Source: Blastocatellales bacterium (GTDB taxonomy: Bacteria > Acidobacteriota > Blastocatellia > RBC074). From it: a stretch of DNA of 64,000 nucleotides. The stretch's first letter is position 1. Each line of letters begins with the position of its first letter. A model generated the notes under the pieces. The model was not told where the DNA came from. It did no database searches and saw nothing but the letters and a program-made list of their open reading frames with translations. The position numbers and the translations under genes were made by a program. Shown one piece after another: positions 9,643-18,966 of this stretch. The DNA is taken from NCBI GenBank assembly GCA_050247435.1, contig JBFWUF010000010.1, positions 65,824 to 129,823 of the forward strand, given 5' to 3'.

Positions 9643-10434
9643 ATGCCGGCTGACAGAAATGGACTCATAAAGCGTGAGCGGGCCGAGATGGAGCGCCGCA
9701 AGAATGACGTATCGCTCACACAATGCGCGGACTTGCGAGTCGCCACAAGGATATTCGAACGCTATCTGTCGCCGCCGGCTGACACTCCTTTCGCGATTGA
9801 ATACGCCTACAACCTGCTCGGCGACGTGAGGGGCAAGCGAGTCCTGGATCTCGGTTGCGGTAACGGCGAGAACACGATTCTGCTGGTGAACAGAGGCGCC
9901 AATGTTTGCGGCATTGATGTTTCCAGTTCACTGATCGAACTTGCCAGGCGGCGCATGGAGGTCAACGGGTTCGTCGAGGGATTCAATTTCTTCACCGGAT
10001 CGGCCCACGAACTTCCCTTCCCGGACGCGTCGTTCGACGTGGTTTTCGGGATGGCCTCCTTGTATCAGCGCGACCTGGAGTTGGCCTCGCGCGAGGTCTG
10101 GCGCGTGTTGCGCTCCGGCGGGTACGGAATATTCAAGGAACCGGTTCGTAATTCAAAATTCCTCTGGCTGGTTCGCAGGCTGATTCCTTATCGCGCCTCG
10201 AAGGCGTCTCCATCCAATCGGCCTTTGACCGACCAGGAGTTGGAGCGATTTACCGGGCGGTTTAATCAGTATCACAGCAGGGCCTATCAACTGCCTTTCG
10301 TCAACGTCGCAAGGCGGTTCTCCGTGGTGGATGGCTTTGCGCCTCTCTTTTACCAACTCGATAACGCGCTGCTCCGGCGCGCCAGGTGGCTGCAATGGTA
10401 CGCGTCGGTCAGAGTAATCAAAGTTGTGAAGTAA
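9643..10434 (+). CDS. class I SAM-dependent methyltransferase
   Basis: RBS AGGAGAGG precedes ATG 9643. The SAM-binding motif I VLDLGCGNGENT and the post-I acidic residue GIDVS are present. Confidence 0.85.
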   Translation: MPADRNGLIKRERAEMERRKNDVSLTQCADLRVATRIFERYLSPPADTPFAIEYAYNLLGDVRGKRVLDLGCGNGENTILLVNRGANVCGIDVSSSLIELARRRMEVNGFVEGFNFFTGSAHELPFPDASFDVVFGMASLYQRDLELASREVWRVLRSGGYGIFKEPVRNSKFLWLVRRLIPYRASKASPSNRPLTDQELERFTGRFNQYHSRAYQLPFVNVARRFSVVDGFAPLFYQLDNALLRRARWLQWYASVRVIKVVK

Positions 10435-10440
10435 TGAATT

Positions 10441-12762
10441 ATGCCGATCAGTCTTGAACAACTCAGCAAAATTCGCGGGTTGAGTCTTCACGAGTTGCGG
10501 ATTCGCGGTCGTCAGGAATTAACCAAATTTGGCGACCGGTTCCTGCGCGGGCGACCGGCGGAGATGAGCGATGAAGAACTCTACCGCGAATTCGCTCCCG
10601 TCTGGCGTGACGGAACCGGCGAAGGCACCGCCGACCTGCTGCGGTATCGGTTAAGAGCGAAGAACAGGCGCTTCCTGCCTTCACTTGAACAACGCAGGGC
10701 GATTGTCGAGATGATGAACCGCCGCTTCCCCGCCGAACGAGACGCCATCATCGAGACCGCTGAGAAAGCTCTTGAGGGAAGGTTCTCTTTGCTGGGTTAT
10801 GCAAAACTGGATTTCGGCAATCCGCCTGATTCGCCGATTGACTGGCATCTCGAACCTGTTTCCGGCAATCGCGCTCCGGTTTCGCATTGGAGCAAGCTGC
10901 ATCCGTATGATCCGCTGAACGGCGGCGACCCGAAGGTCGTTTGGGAACTGAACCGTCACGCGCACTTTGTCACGCTGGGCCAGGCGTATTGGCTGACCAG
11001 CGACAACCGGTTCGCCGAAGGATTCGTTGATCAGGTTTCCGCCTGGATTGACACGAATCCAGTGGGAATGGGAATCAACTGGTCGTCCAGTCTGGAAGCG
11101 GCGTTCCGTTCGATCTCGTGGTTGTGGGCGCTGCACCTGTGCATTGATTCCAGAGAACTCACGCCCGATTTCGTCGCGCGTCTGCTGAAATCGCTGATCG
11201 AGCACGGACGCCACATCGAGAAGTATCTTTCGTATTACTTCAGCCCCAATACGCATCTGACCGGCGAGGCGCTGGGATTGTTCTATCTGGGCCTGGCGCT
11301 GCCGGAGTTGGAACGAGCCAAAGGTTGGCGCAGTCTGGGACTGGAGATACTGCTCGATCAGGCGCAGAAACAGGTGCGCTCAGACGGCGTTTATTTCGAG
11401 CAGTCGTCCTACTACCATCGCTACACGACGGACTTTTATACACACCTGTTCGCGCTGACGCGGGCGAACGACATCACAATCGAGCGCGAACTGGAGATCA
11501 TGCTCTGGCAGAAGCTCGAATCGCTGCTCGATCACATGATGTGGATCACGCGGCCCGACGGGTCATCGCCGCTCTTCGGAGATGACGACGGCGGGCGGCT
11601 GATCAAACTCGCGCCGCGCCCGGCCAATGATTTCCGCGATACGCTGGCCATCGGTTCGGCCATACTCAAACGCGGCGACTGGAAATACGTCGCGGGAGAC
11701 GCGCCGGTGGAAATGCTCTGGCTGCTTGGCCCCGAAGGCGTGGCCTGTTACGACCGGCTCAGAGCGGAGGCGCACCGGGAAGTCGCCCAGGCGTTCACCG
11801 CAAGCGGCTATTTCGCGATGCGCGACGGATGGCGAGGCGATTCGAGTTTTGTGCTGATTGATTGCGGGCCTCACGGCTCCGAGCGGGGTTACGGACACGC
11901 GCATTCGGACGCGCTCTCAATCGAATTCGCCTCGAAGGGAACGCCGTGGATCGTTGACCCCGGCACGTTCGTTTACGGCGCCGACCCGAAGACCCGCAAC
12001 GAATTCCGTTCGACCGCCGCGCACAACACCGTGATGGTTGACGACCAGCCACAATCCGTCCCTTCAACTCCTTTCGCGTGGCGCACCGCCGCGAAATGCC
12101 GGTTGCGCGAATTCATCGAGCATAGCGACGCGATCTTCTTTCAGGGTTCGCATAACGGATACGAGCGCCTCAGCGATCCAGTCACGCACACGCGGTCTGT
12201 ACTGTTCGTCAAACCCGACGCGCGAAACAATCTCCCGGCGTATCTGCTCGTGCGTGATCAGTTCGCCGCCCGTAAACATCATCGTTATTCCATCCGCTAT
12301 CACCTTACGCCCGATTGCGGCGCGCAGGTTGGCGGAAGCCACATCGAGGCGCGCCACATCAACGGCTCCGCTCTGACGATCAGAGTCATCAGCGAGACGG
12401 ACGCAAAAACCGAGATTACAGCTCACGTGACCGAAGGCTGGGTTTCGACCTGCTACGCGCAATACGCCTCGGCGCCCGTGGCCGTGTTCGAAGCCGAATG
12501 CGAGGGCCAGCACGAATTTCTGACTCTGATCTTCCCAGGCGACCCTGATCAGATCGCGGACATGGAGCAACAAATTCTCAAGCAATGGAGTTGCGGCCCG
12601 GAATCTTCCGCGCGGCGCGATCTCCAAAAAGGCGGAAGAAACGCCGGCAGCCGGGGCTTGAAGGGCAACCCGCACGATCACTTCAAGTCGCCACTGACGC
12701 TCGCGCTGCTGACCCAGATTGTCGGATGCCAGATACTGGGGGGCCTGGTCCTGGGAGGATGA
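10441..12762 (+). CDS. heparinase II/III-family protein (alginate-lyase-like N-domain plus heparinase II/III C-domain)
   Basis: INWSSSLEAAFRSISWLWAL and YGHAHSDALSIEF are typical of the family. The last roughly 70 aa (after about 12540) look low-complexity and may be read-through. The stop overlaps the next start (ATGA at 12759-12762). Confidence 0.8.
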   Translation: MPISLEQLSKIRGLSLHELRIRGRQELTKFGDRFLRGRPAEMSDEELYREFAPVWRDGTGEGTADLLRYRLRAKNRRFLPSLEQRRAIVEMMNRRFPAERDAIIETAEKALEGRFSLLGYAKLDFGNPPDSPIDWHLEPVSGNRAPVSHWSKLHPYDPLNGGDPKVVWELNRHAHFVTLGQAYWLTSDNRFAEGFVDQVSAWIDTNPVGMGINWSSSLEAAFRSISWLWALHLCIDSRELTPDFVARLLKSLIEHGRHIEKYLSYYFSPNTHLTGEALGLFYLGLALPELERAKGWRSLGLEILLDQAQKQVRSDGVYFEQSSYYHRYTTDFYTHLFALTRANDITIERELEIMLWQKLESLLDHMMWITRPDGSSPLFGDDDGGRLIKLAPRPANDFRDTLAIGSAILKRGDWKYVAGDAPVEMLWLLGPEGVACYDRLRAEAHREVAQAFTASGYFAMRDGWRGDSSFVLIDCGPHGSERGYGHAHSDALSIEFASKGTPWIVDPGTFVYGADPKTRNEFRSTAAHNTVMVDDQPQSVPSTPFAWRTAAKCRLREFIEHSDAIFFQGSHNGYERLSDPVTHTRSVLFVKPDARNNLPAYLLVRDQFAARKHHRYSIRYHLTPDCGAQVGGSHIEARHINGSALTIRVISETDAKTEITAHVTEGWVSTCYAQYASAPVAVFEAECEGQHEFLTLIFPGDPDQIADMEQQILKQWSCGPESSARRDLQKGGRNAGSRGLKGNPHDHFKSPLTLALLTQIVGCQILGGLVLGG

Positions 12763-13898
12763 ATATGGTGAAGGTTCTAAACGTAGTGGGCGCGCGCCCA
12801 AATTTTATGAAGATGGCGCCGATCATCACCGAGATGAAAAAGCGTGGCGGCGACATCGCGCAGTCGCTGGTTCACACGGGGCAGCACTATGACGACGCGA
12901 TGTCGGGTTCATTCTTCCGCGATCTGGGAATGTCCGAACCGGATGTCTATCTTGACGCGCGCGGCGGAACGCACGCCGAGCAGACCGCGCGGGTGATGAT
13001 GGCGTTTGAAGGCGCGCTGGCGGCGACGCAGCCCGATTGGGTGGTCGTCGTGGGCGACGTCAATTCGACGCTCGCCTGCGCGCTGGTCGCTAGCAAGCTG
13101 GGTGTTCGCGTCGCGCACGTCGAAGCGGGATTACGCAGTTTCGACCGGACGATGCCCGAAGAACTCAACCGATTGTTGACCGATCAACTTTCCGACCTGC
13201 TGCTGACGCCAAGCCCCGACGCCGATGAAAACCTACGGCGCGAAGGCATCGCCCCGGAACGCATTGTCCGCGTCGGCAACGTGATGATTGATACGCTCTA
13301 CCGGCAGATCGAACGCGCGCAGAGATCGTCAATTCTCGAAGACCTGCGCCTCATCCCGCAGGATTTCGCCGTACTGACGCTGCACCGCCCATCGAACGTG
13401 GACGACCCGGATTCGCTCCGGCTGATATTCGCGGCGCTCAAGCTGATTGCGCGTGAACTGCAAATCATCTTTCCCGCGCACCCGCGCACTCAGAGCCGCA
13501 TGCGTGAATTCGGCGTCGAACCGCCGCCGGGTGTGCGGGTGATTGACCCGCTCGGCTATCTGGACTTCCTGAAACTGTGGAGCAACTCGAAGATGACGCT
13601 CACCGATTCCGGGGGCTTGCAAGAGGAGACGACGGCTCTGGGCGTGCCTTGTCTGACGTTGCGCGAAAACACCGAGCGCCCGATCACCATCGAGCAGGGC
13701 ACGAACCAACTGGTCGGAGTGGATCAGGCGCGCATAGTCGCCGCCGCCGAAGCGATACTCGCCAACGAGCGGTCGAAATTCGCGCGCGTGCCCGAAATGT
13801 GGGATGGACGCACAGCCGAACGCATCGTGACGGCTTTGCTCGCGCGCGCCAGTCAGCAGGAACAGGACGGCGAGCGCGCCGCCGGCGTCGAGATGTGA
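12759..13898 (+). CDS. wecB: UDP-N-acetylglucosamine 2-epimerase (non-hydrolysing)
   Basis: MNMVKVLNVVGARPNFMKMAP, HVEAGLRSFDRTMPEELNR and SDSGGLQEE are canonical WecB/MnaA motifs. An alternative start at ATG 12765 lies 7 nt after GGAGG. The track ORF start at 12585 is rejected. Confidence 0.9.
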   Translation: MNMVKVLNVVGARPNFMKMAPIITEMKKRGGDIAQSLVHTGQHYDDAMSGSFFRDLGMSEPDVYLDARGGTHAEQTARVMMAFEGALAATQPDWVVVVGDVNSTLACALVASKLGVRVAHVEAGLRSFDRTMPEELNRLLTDQLSDLLLTPSPDADENLRREGIAPERIVRVGNVMIDTLYRQIERAQRSSILEDLRLIPQDFAVLTLHRPSNVDDPDSLRLIFAALKLIARELQIIFPAHPRTQSRMREFGVEPPPGVRVIDPLGYLDFLKLWSNSKMTLTDSGGLQEETTALGVPCLTLRENTERPITIEQGTNQLVGVDQARIVAAAEAILANERSKFARVPEMWDGRTAERIVTALLARASQQEQDGERAAGVEM

Positions 13899-13913
13899 GA
13901 GGTCAACAGAGTG

Positions 13914-14564
13914 ATGAGTGAAATTGCATATCACCTCCTGGAATTTGAAATCGCCCGCGCGGGCGATGATCCGCGCCGCGTCATGCCGGTTCTGTCGGAT
14001 CGTGATGGGAGCATACTCGATATCGGATGCGGCGCCGGGCAAACACTCATCACCTGCGATCTGAAACCGGGCGCGTTCGCTTGCGGAGTTGACGTTGACG
14101 AAGAAGCGCTCGCTCTGGGCAAGAGGATGTCACGCGGTGCCGCTCTGGCGCGGGCGAGCGGCGAGCGGTTGCCATTCCCCGACCAATCATTCGACGTTGT
14201 GATCTCGCGGGTGGCGCTGCCTTACATGCACATTCCGGGCGCGCTCCGGGAAATCGCCCGCGTGCTGAAGCCCGGCGGACAAGTCTGGTTCATGCTGCAT
14301 TCGATTTCGATGGTGTTGCGCGGCGTCGCAAGATCGCTCAGGGAATTGAATGCGAAGAGTTTGATCTATCAACATTACGTGATCGCGAACGGTTTGCTCT
14401 TTCACTTCACCGGAAGACAGTTTCGCTGCCCTTTCAACCACGGCAAGTGCGAATCGTTTCAAACCGCCAGCGGCATCGTCAGGGCGATGCGAGCCGCCGG
14501 CTTCGATGAGGTAAGAGCTGAGTGCGATGGATTCTTCATCGTGACAGCATCGAAACAAGGCTGA
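13914..14564 (+). CDS. class I SAM-dependent methyltransferase (Methyltransf_11-like)
   Basis: Motif ILDIGCGAGQTL is followed by GVDVDEE and LKPGGQVW. RBS-like GAGAGG lies upstream of ATG 13914. Confidence 0.8.
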   Translation: MSEIAYHLLEFEIARAGDDPRRVMPVLSDRDGSILDIGCGAGQTLITCDLKPGAFACGVDVDEEALALGKRMSRGAALARASGERLPFPDQSFDVVISRVALPYMHIPGALREIARVLKPGGQVWFMLHSISMVLRGVARSLRELNAKSLIYQHYVIANGLLFHFTGRQFRCPFNHGKCESFQTASGIVRAMRAAGFDEVRAECDGFFIVTASKQG

Positions 14565-14569
14565 ATATG

Positions 14570-14738
14570 GCGCAAAAAGTAATGCTACGAGTTGAGTAGA
14601 CCACCTTCACCGCAGAGGCGCAGAGAGCGCAGAGGAAACACAGAGAGGGCGTTCAGAAGGCTCTTCTCTCTTCCCCTCCGCGAAGTCTCCGCGTTCTCTG
14701 CGTCTCTGCGGTGAACTCAGCATTACATTTTTAGCGCT
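14570..14738. repeat. REP/MITE-like palindromic element, copy B (most complete copy, about 65-nt arms)
   Basis: The left arm GCGCAAAAAGTAATGCTACGAGTTGAG...TCACCGCAGAGGCGCAGAGAGCGCAGAGG is the imperfect reverse complement of the right arm CCTCCGCGAAGTCTCCGCGTTCTCTGCGTCTCTGCGGTGAACTCAGCATTACATTTTTAGCGC. Confidence 0.85.
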
Positions 14739-14772
14739 GCCGCTGAATAGAGGTTAAGCAGGGTAATCAACA

Positions 14773-16752
14773 ATGTGTGGCATCTGCGGCGTCGCCGTTC
14801 CAAAACAACTGAACCGTCAGGTTGACCGCTCCGGTTTAATTCGCATGCGCGACACAATGGCGCATCGCGGGCCGGATGAGGAAGGGATGTACCTGAGAGG
14901 CGCCGTCGGTTTGGGACACCGCCGTTTATCAATAGTTGACGTGTCGGGCGGCCATCAACCGATGTCTAACGGCGTCTGCGGCAGACACCGCGGCGACGAC
15001 CAGGGCGGCGCGATTTGGATCGCCTTCAACGGCGAAATATACAATCACCCGCAACTACGCCCGATGCTCGAATCACGCGGGCATCGTTACAGCAACAACA
15101 GCGACACTGAAACAATCATTCATCTTTACGAAGAGCGCGGTTCGGACGTGGTCGAAGAGTTGAGCGGGATGTTCGCTTTCGCCATCTGGGACGAGACCAG
15201 ACAGAAACTCCTGCTGGCTCGTGATCGGCTGGGTATCAAACCGCTCTACTATTTCGCGACGGATGACGGCGCGCTCTATTTCGCATCCGAAATCAAATCG
15301 CTGCTCGCGTCGTTGGCGATCAAGCCCGAAGTCAATCTGCGCGCGTTGCCTGATTACCTGGCAAATCACGCTCCCACGGGCGATGAGACGCTCTTTCGCG
15401 GGATCAAACGGTTGCCGCCAGGCCACACGCTCACCTGGCGGGATGGGAAGATCAGCGTCCGGAAGTATTGGGATTTAACGTTCAACTCCGGCTCTGAAAA
15501 CGGACGCCGCGACGACGACTACATCGCCGAATGGCGTGAGTTGTTCCGCGACGCCGTGCGGTCGCACCTGATGTCGGACGTGCCGCTCGGCGTTTTTCTT
15601 TCAGGCGGCATAGATTCTTCCGCCATAGCGGCCACGATGAGCAGGATGGTCAACGGGCGGATTAAGACATTCTCCGTGGGATTCAACGAAGCCGAAGCCA
15701 ACGAGCTTGAGTATGCCCGGCTGGTTTCGCGGGCTTATGGAACTGAGCATTATGAAGTGACCGTCACGCCGGAAGAGTTCTTCGACGCATTGCCGCGCAT
15801 GGTCTGGCACGAAGACGAGCCTCTGGCGTTCGTCGCCAGCGTGCCGCTACACGCCGTTTCGGAGCTTGCCGCGCGCCACGTCAAAGTCGTGCTGACAGGC
15901 GAAGGCAGCGACGAGATGCTCGCCGGTTACGACCGCTACCGCAAAACGGTCGCCAACCTCGCGGCGGGCGCGGCCTATCACAACATCGCTCCCGCGTTCT
16001 TGCGGAACGCCGTGAAGAATTTGATTGAACGAGCGCCTTTTGGAACATCCATCAAGCGCAAGCTCTCCCGCACCTTCCTGTGCTTGAGGCCGGAGCTTGA
16101 CGAGATTTATTTCGATAACTTCGCGATCTTTTCGCGCCCGATGCAGGCTGAATTACTGACCCCGGCGGCCACCGGGCCGTTAGGCTCGCTCGATCCTTAC
16201 TCAGGCGTGCGCGATCTGATTTCACAGACGGACGCCGACACGCTGCTCAACCGGCTGCTCTACGCCGACACCAGGACATACCTGCACGAGTTGTTGATGA
16301 AGCAGGATCAAATGAGCATGGCGGCGTCGCTTGAGAGCCGGGTGCCGTTCCTGGATTGGCGCCTGGTCGAGTTCACCGCGCGGCTGCCGGAACGCTTGAA
16401 GCTGCACGGGTGGACAACGAAATACATTCTGCGGCAGGCGATGAAAGACATTCTGCCGCAAAAGATTCTGACGCGGCGCAAAGTGGGATTTCCGGTTCCG
16501 GTGGGCGCGTGGCTGCGCGGGAAATTCAAATGGGTCGTTGACGAATACGTTCTCAGCAATCGCGCGGGAGAGCGGGGGCTGTTTAATCGAGACTTCGTTC
16601 AGCGAATGATCGGGGAGCACCTGGCCGGCGCCGATCATTCTTACCGGTTGTGGTCGCTGATCAACTTCGAAATCTGGATGAGGCAGTTCATTGATGGCGA
16701 GGCGGCGCCGGCGAGTCGGAACAATATGGCCTTCGGCGCGACCATAAGGTGA
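14773..16752 (+). CDS. asparagine synthase (glutamine-hydrolysing) family amidotransferase, copy 2
   Basis: MCGICG N-terminus, PP-loop FLSGGIDSS, 659 aa. It is a paralog of 3065-5068. Confidence 0.85.
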   Translation: MCGICGVAVPKQLNRQVDRSGLIRMRDTMAHRGPDEEGMYLRGAVGLGHRRLSIVDVSGGHQPMSNGVCGRHRGDDQGGAIWIAFNGEIYNHPQLRPMLESRGHRYSNNSDTETIIHLYEERGSDVVEELSGMFAFAIWDETRQKLLLARDRLGIKPLYYFATDDGALYFASEIKSLLASLAIKPEVNLRALPDYLANHAPTGDETLFRGIKRLPPGHTLTWRDGKISVRKYWDLTFNSGSENGRRDDDYIAEWRELFRDAVRSHLMSDVPLGVFLSGGIDSSAIAATMSRMVNGRIKTFSVGFNEAEANELEYARLVSRAYGTEHYEVTVTPEEFFDALPRMVWHEDEPLAFVASVPLHAVSELAARHVKVVLTGEGSDEMLAGYDRYRKTVANLAAGAAYHNIAPAFLRNAVKNLIERAPFGTSIKRKLSRTFLCLRPELDEIYFDNFAIFSRPMQAELLTPAATGPLGSLDPYSGVRDLISQTDADTLLNRLLYADTRTYLHELLMKQDQMSMAASLESRVPFLDWRLVEFTARLPERLKLHGWTTKYILRQAMKDILPQKILTRRKVGFPVPVGAWLRGKFKWVVDEYVLSNRAGERGLFNRDFVQRMIGEHLAGADHSYRLWSLINFEIWMRQFIDGEAAPASRNNMAFGATIR

Positions 16753-16776
16753 GATTATGGTGAAAGGACGACGTAG

Positions 16777-17541
16777 ATGCGCATAGTAATGTTCGCCAGG
16801 GTGCCGCGATGGTACTCATTCCGCGAAGACCGTATGACGAACCGGCTGCTCAGCGAAGGCGTTGAGATCGCCGGCATAGTCGCGGAGCGAACCCGAACGC
16901 GCGACGCTTTTCGCGATTGGATGTTTAAACTCGGGCCGCGAGTGGTCTTTCGGAAACTGCTCCAAAAAGGCTTGAGCATTTCGGGATTGCGGCGTGGCCG
17001 TCACGCCACGCAAAAAACCGCGAGCGGGAGCGGCTCTTATCCAACAAAGGCCGTGACGCCGCCGCCTGTCCATTTCGTCGCGTCACACAACTCTCCGGAA
17101 TGCGTCGAGATTGTTCGCCGGCTGCGGCCTGAACTCATCGTCCTGCGCGGGTGCGGGATCGTCAAAAAACAGACGCTTGAGATACCCAGCGTCGGAACGA
17201 TCAACCCGCATTACGCGTTGTTGCCGGATTATCGCGGAATGGACGTGACGGAATGGTCGGTGTTGCATGGCGCCCCCGCCGCCGTCAGCGTGCACTGGGT
17301 TTCAGAAGATGTTGACACAGGAGCGGTCATAATTTCGCGGCGCATCAACGTTGAGCGCGGCGATACGCTTGGCGTCCTGCGCGAAAAGAGCGCGGCTTTA
17401 GCGTCTGAATTGATGACCGAAGCGATCAAGCGCATTGAATCCGGAGACTCAACTCCGTCCGCCAGGAAAAATATCGAGGGGCGTCAGTATTTCACGATGC
17501 ACCCCCGGTTACGTCAATTGGCCGAGTTTCGCCTGAAATAG
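16777..17541 (+). CDS. formyltransferase-family protein (N-terminal Fmt/PurN-like domain only; candidate sugar N-formyltransferase)
   Basis: INPHYALLPDYRGMDVTEWSVLHG...VSEDVDTGAVI matches the N/H/D formyltransferase core (HxxLLPxYRG ... DTG). Confidence 0.7.
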   Translation: MRIVMFARVPRWYSFREDRMTNRLLSEGVEIAGIVAERTRTRDAFRDWMFKLGPRVVFRKLLQKGLSISGLRRGRHATQKTASGSGSYPTKAVTPPPVHFVASHNSPECVEIVRRLRPELIVLRGCGIVKKQTLEIPSVGTINPHYALLPDYRGMDVTEWSVLHGAPAAVSVHWVSEDVDTGAVIISRRINVERGDTLGVLREKSAALASELMTEAIKRIESGDSTPSARKNIEGRQYFTMHPRLRQLAEFRLK

Positions 17542-17559
17542 GCGCGAGAACATTTTACT

Positions 17560-17607
17560 CCTCGATCTTCCCACTCCTCGATCTTCCCTTTCCTCAATCT
17601 TCCCACT
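17560..17607 (+). repeat. three tandem 16-bp pyrimidine-rich direct repeats (CCTCGATCTTCCCACT-like) in the intergenic leader
   Basis: Copies lie at 17560-17575, 17576-17591 and 17592-17607 with 1-3 mismatches. They sit 55 nt upstream of ATG 17663. Confidence 0.85.
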
Positions 17608-17662
17608 CCCCTGCCGCCGCTTGCGGGCGAACCTCACTTTACTGATCTCAGGATAGAAGAAG

Positions 17663-18952
17663 ATGTTTGGAGATAATCTGAAGAAGTTTCGGGAGGCGCC
17701 TTTTTCCACGGTCATTGGCGCGGGCTTGCGTGTTGCGCATCCCTCGCTGCTTCGCGTTCTGATGCAGGATCGCGCCGGGCGTTCGGGGAAAATCGGTCAA
17801 TCACAACCGAGCCTCGACGCGGCCATCAAATGGCTTTGCCGCGCGCAGGATGCTTGCGGACGTGGCGGAGTCTCAGCCGGTTATTCATTCGTTCACGGCT
17901 GGCATCCACCTTACCCGGAGACAACCGGCTACATCATCCCGACCTTTTACGACTATGCCCATTTGACTCAAAAGGAAGAAATATCCGAGCGCGCGCGCCG
18001 CATGGCCGATTGGGAGTTGGAAGTACAGTTACCTTCCGGCGCGGTTCAGGGCAGCGTCTATCGCGGCCCCGGAAGCGAACGGCGCCCAGTGGTGTTCAAC
18101 ACCGGGCAGGTGATTTTGGGCCTCTGCCGCGCCTTCGCGGAAACCGGAGACCAACGTTACCTGGATGCAGCCAGGCGCGCAGGCGACTGGTTGATCACGG
18201 CGCAATCGCCTGACGGAGCGTGGCGGCTGAGCGGCCCAGAAGTCGAAACGCAGGTTCACGCTTACGACTCGCGCACGGCCTGGAGCCTGCTCGAAATTGA
18301 CGCGCTGACCGGAGACAAGCGCTACGCGGACGCGGCGCGGTTGAACCTGGATTGGACGCTGGCGCAGCAGCAGGAGAACGGCTGGTTCAACAACAACGCC
18401 TTCTTCACCGAGAGAAGTTGGAATCTGCCACTGACTCACACAATCGCTTACGTGATCGAAGGGCTGTTCGAATCGTGGCGGCTGACCGGAGAAGAACGTT
18501 ACCTGAACGCCGCGCGCAAGACGGGAGAAAAGCTGCTGCGCATCTTTGAACTGCGGCGGCGCATGGCCGGCGAATTCGATCAGAACTGGAAGTCGTCCGC
18601 CGGATACAGTTGCTTGACGGGAGACGCGCAGATCGCCGGCCTCTGGCTCAACCTGTTCAAGGTGGGTGGTGACACGCGATTTCTCAACGCCGCGCTCAAG
18701 CTCAACGACTTCGTCAAAGCATCGCAAAGCCTGCGCTCGCTCCATCCCGGAGTGCGTGGCGGGGTGAAAGGATCACAGCCCATCTTCGGGCGGTACACCC
18801 CATTCACCTATGTCAACTGGGGCGCGAAGTTTCTGGCTGATTCCTTGATGCTCGAAGAACGTGTGATGGCCGACTTTGAACGGGCCGTGCGATCAGGCGA
18901 ACAACCGTCGCCATACAAAGCTGAATTGCGAACCGCATCGGCGGTTAATTAG
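17663..18952 (+). CDS. alpha/alpha-toroid (squalene-cyclase/prenyltransferase-repeat-like) protein, paralog 1; function unknown
   Basis: Repeated QW-like motifs are present: KWLCRAQDACGRGG, GDWLITAQSPDGAW, LDWTLAQQQENGWF. There is no signal peptide and no DxDD motif. Confidence 0.6.
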   Translation: MFGDNLKKFREAPFSTVIGAGLRVAHPSLLRVLMQDRAGRSGKIGQSQPSLDAAIKWLCRAQDACGRGGVSAGYSFVHGWHPPYPETTGYIIPTFYDYAHLTQKEEISERARRMADWELEVQLPSGAVQGSVYRGPGSERRPVVFNTGQVILGLCRAFAETGDQRYLDAARRAGDWLITAQSPDGAWRLSGPEVETQVHAYDSRTAWSLLEIDALTGDKRYADAARLNLDWTLAQQQENGWFNNNAFFTERSWNLPLTHTIAYVIEGLFESWRLTGEERYLNAARKTGEKLLRIFELRRRMAGEFDQNWKSSAGYSCLTGDAQIAGLWLNLFKVGGDTRFLNAALKLNDFVKASQSLRSLHPGVRGGVKGSQPIFGRYTPFTYVNWGAKFLADSLMLEERVMADFERAVRSGEQPSPYKAELRTASAVN

Positions 18953-18966
18953 CGGAGAGAAAACAG

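Noticed and set aside
9102-9653. 183-aa + strand ORF in the gap between the second GT4 gene and the methyltransferase gene
   Set aside because: Its sequence is the translation of REP/MITE copy A (…PQRRGERGAIAEKK…SSARSAPLRW…) plus promoter DNA. It has no family resemblance and it overlaps the end of the upstream gene. I treat it as non-coding.
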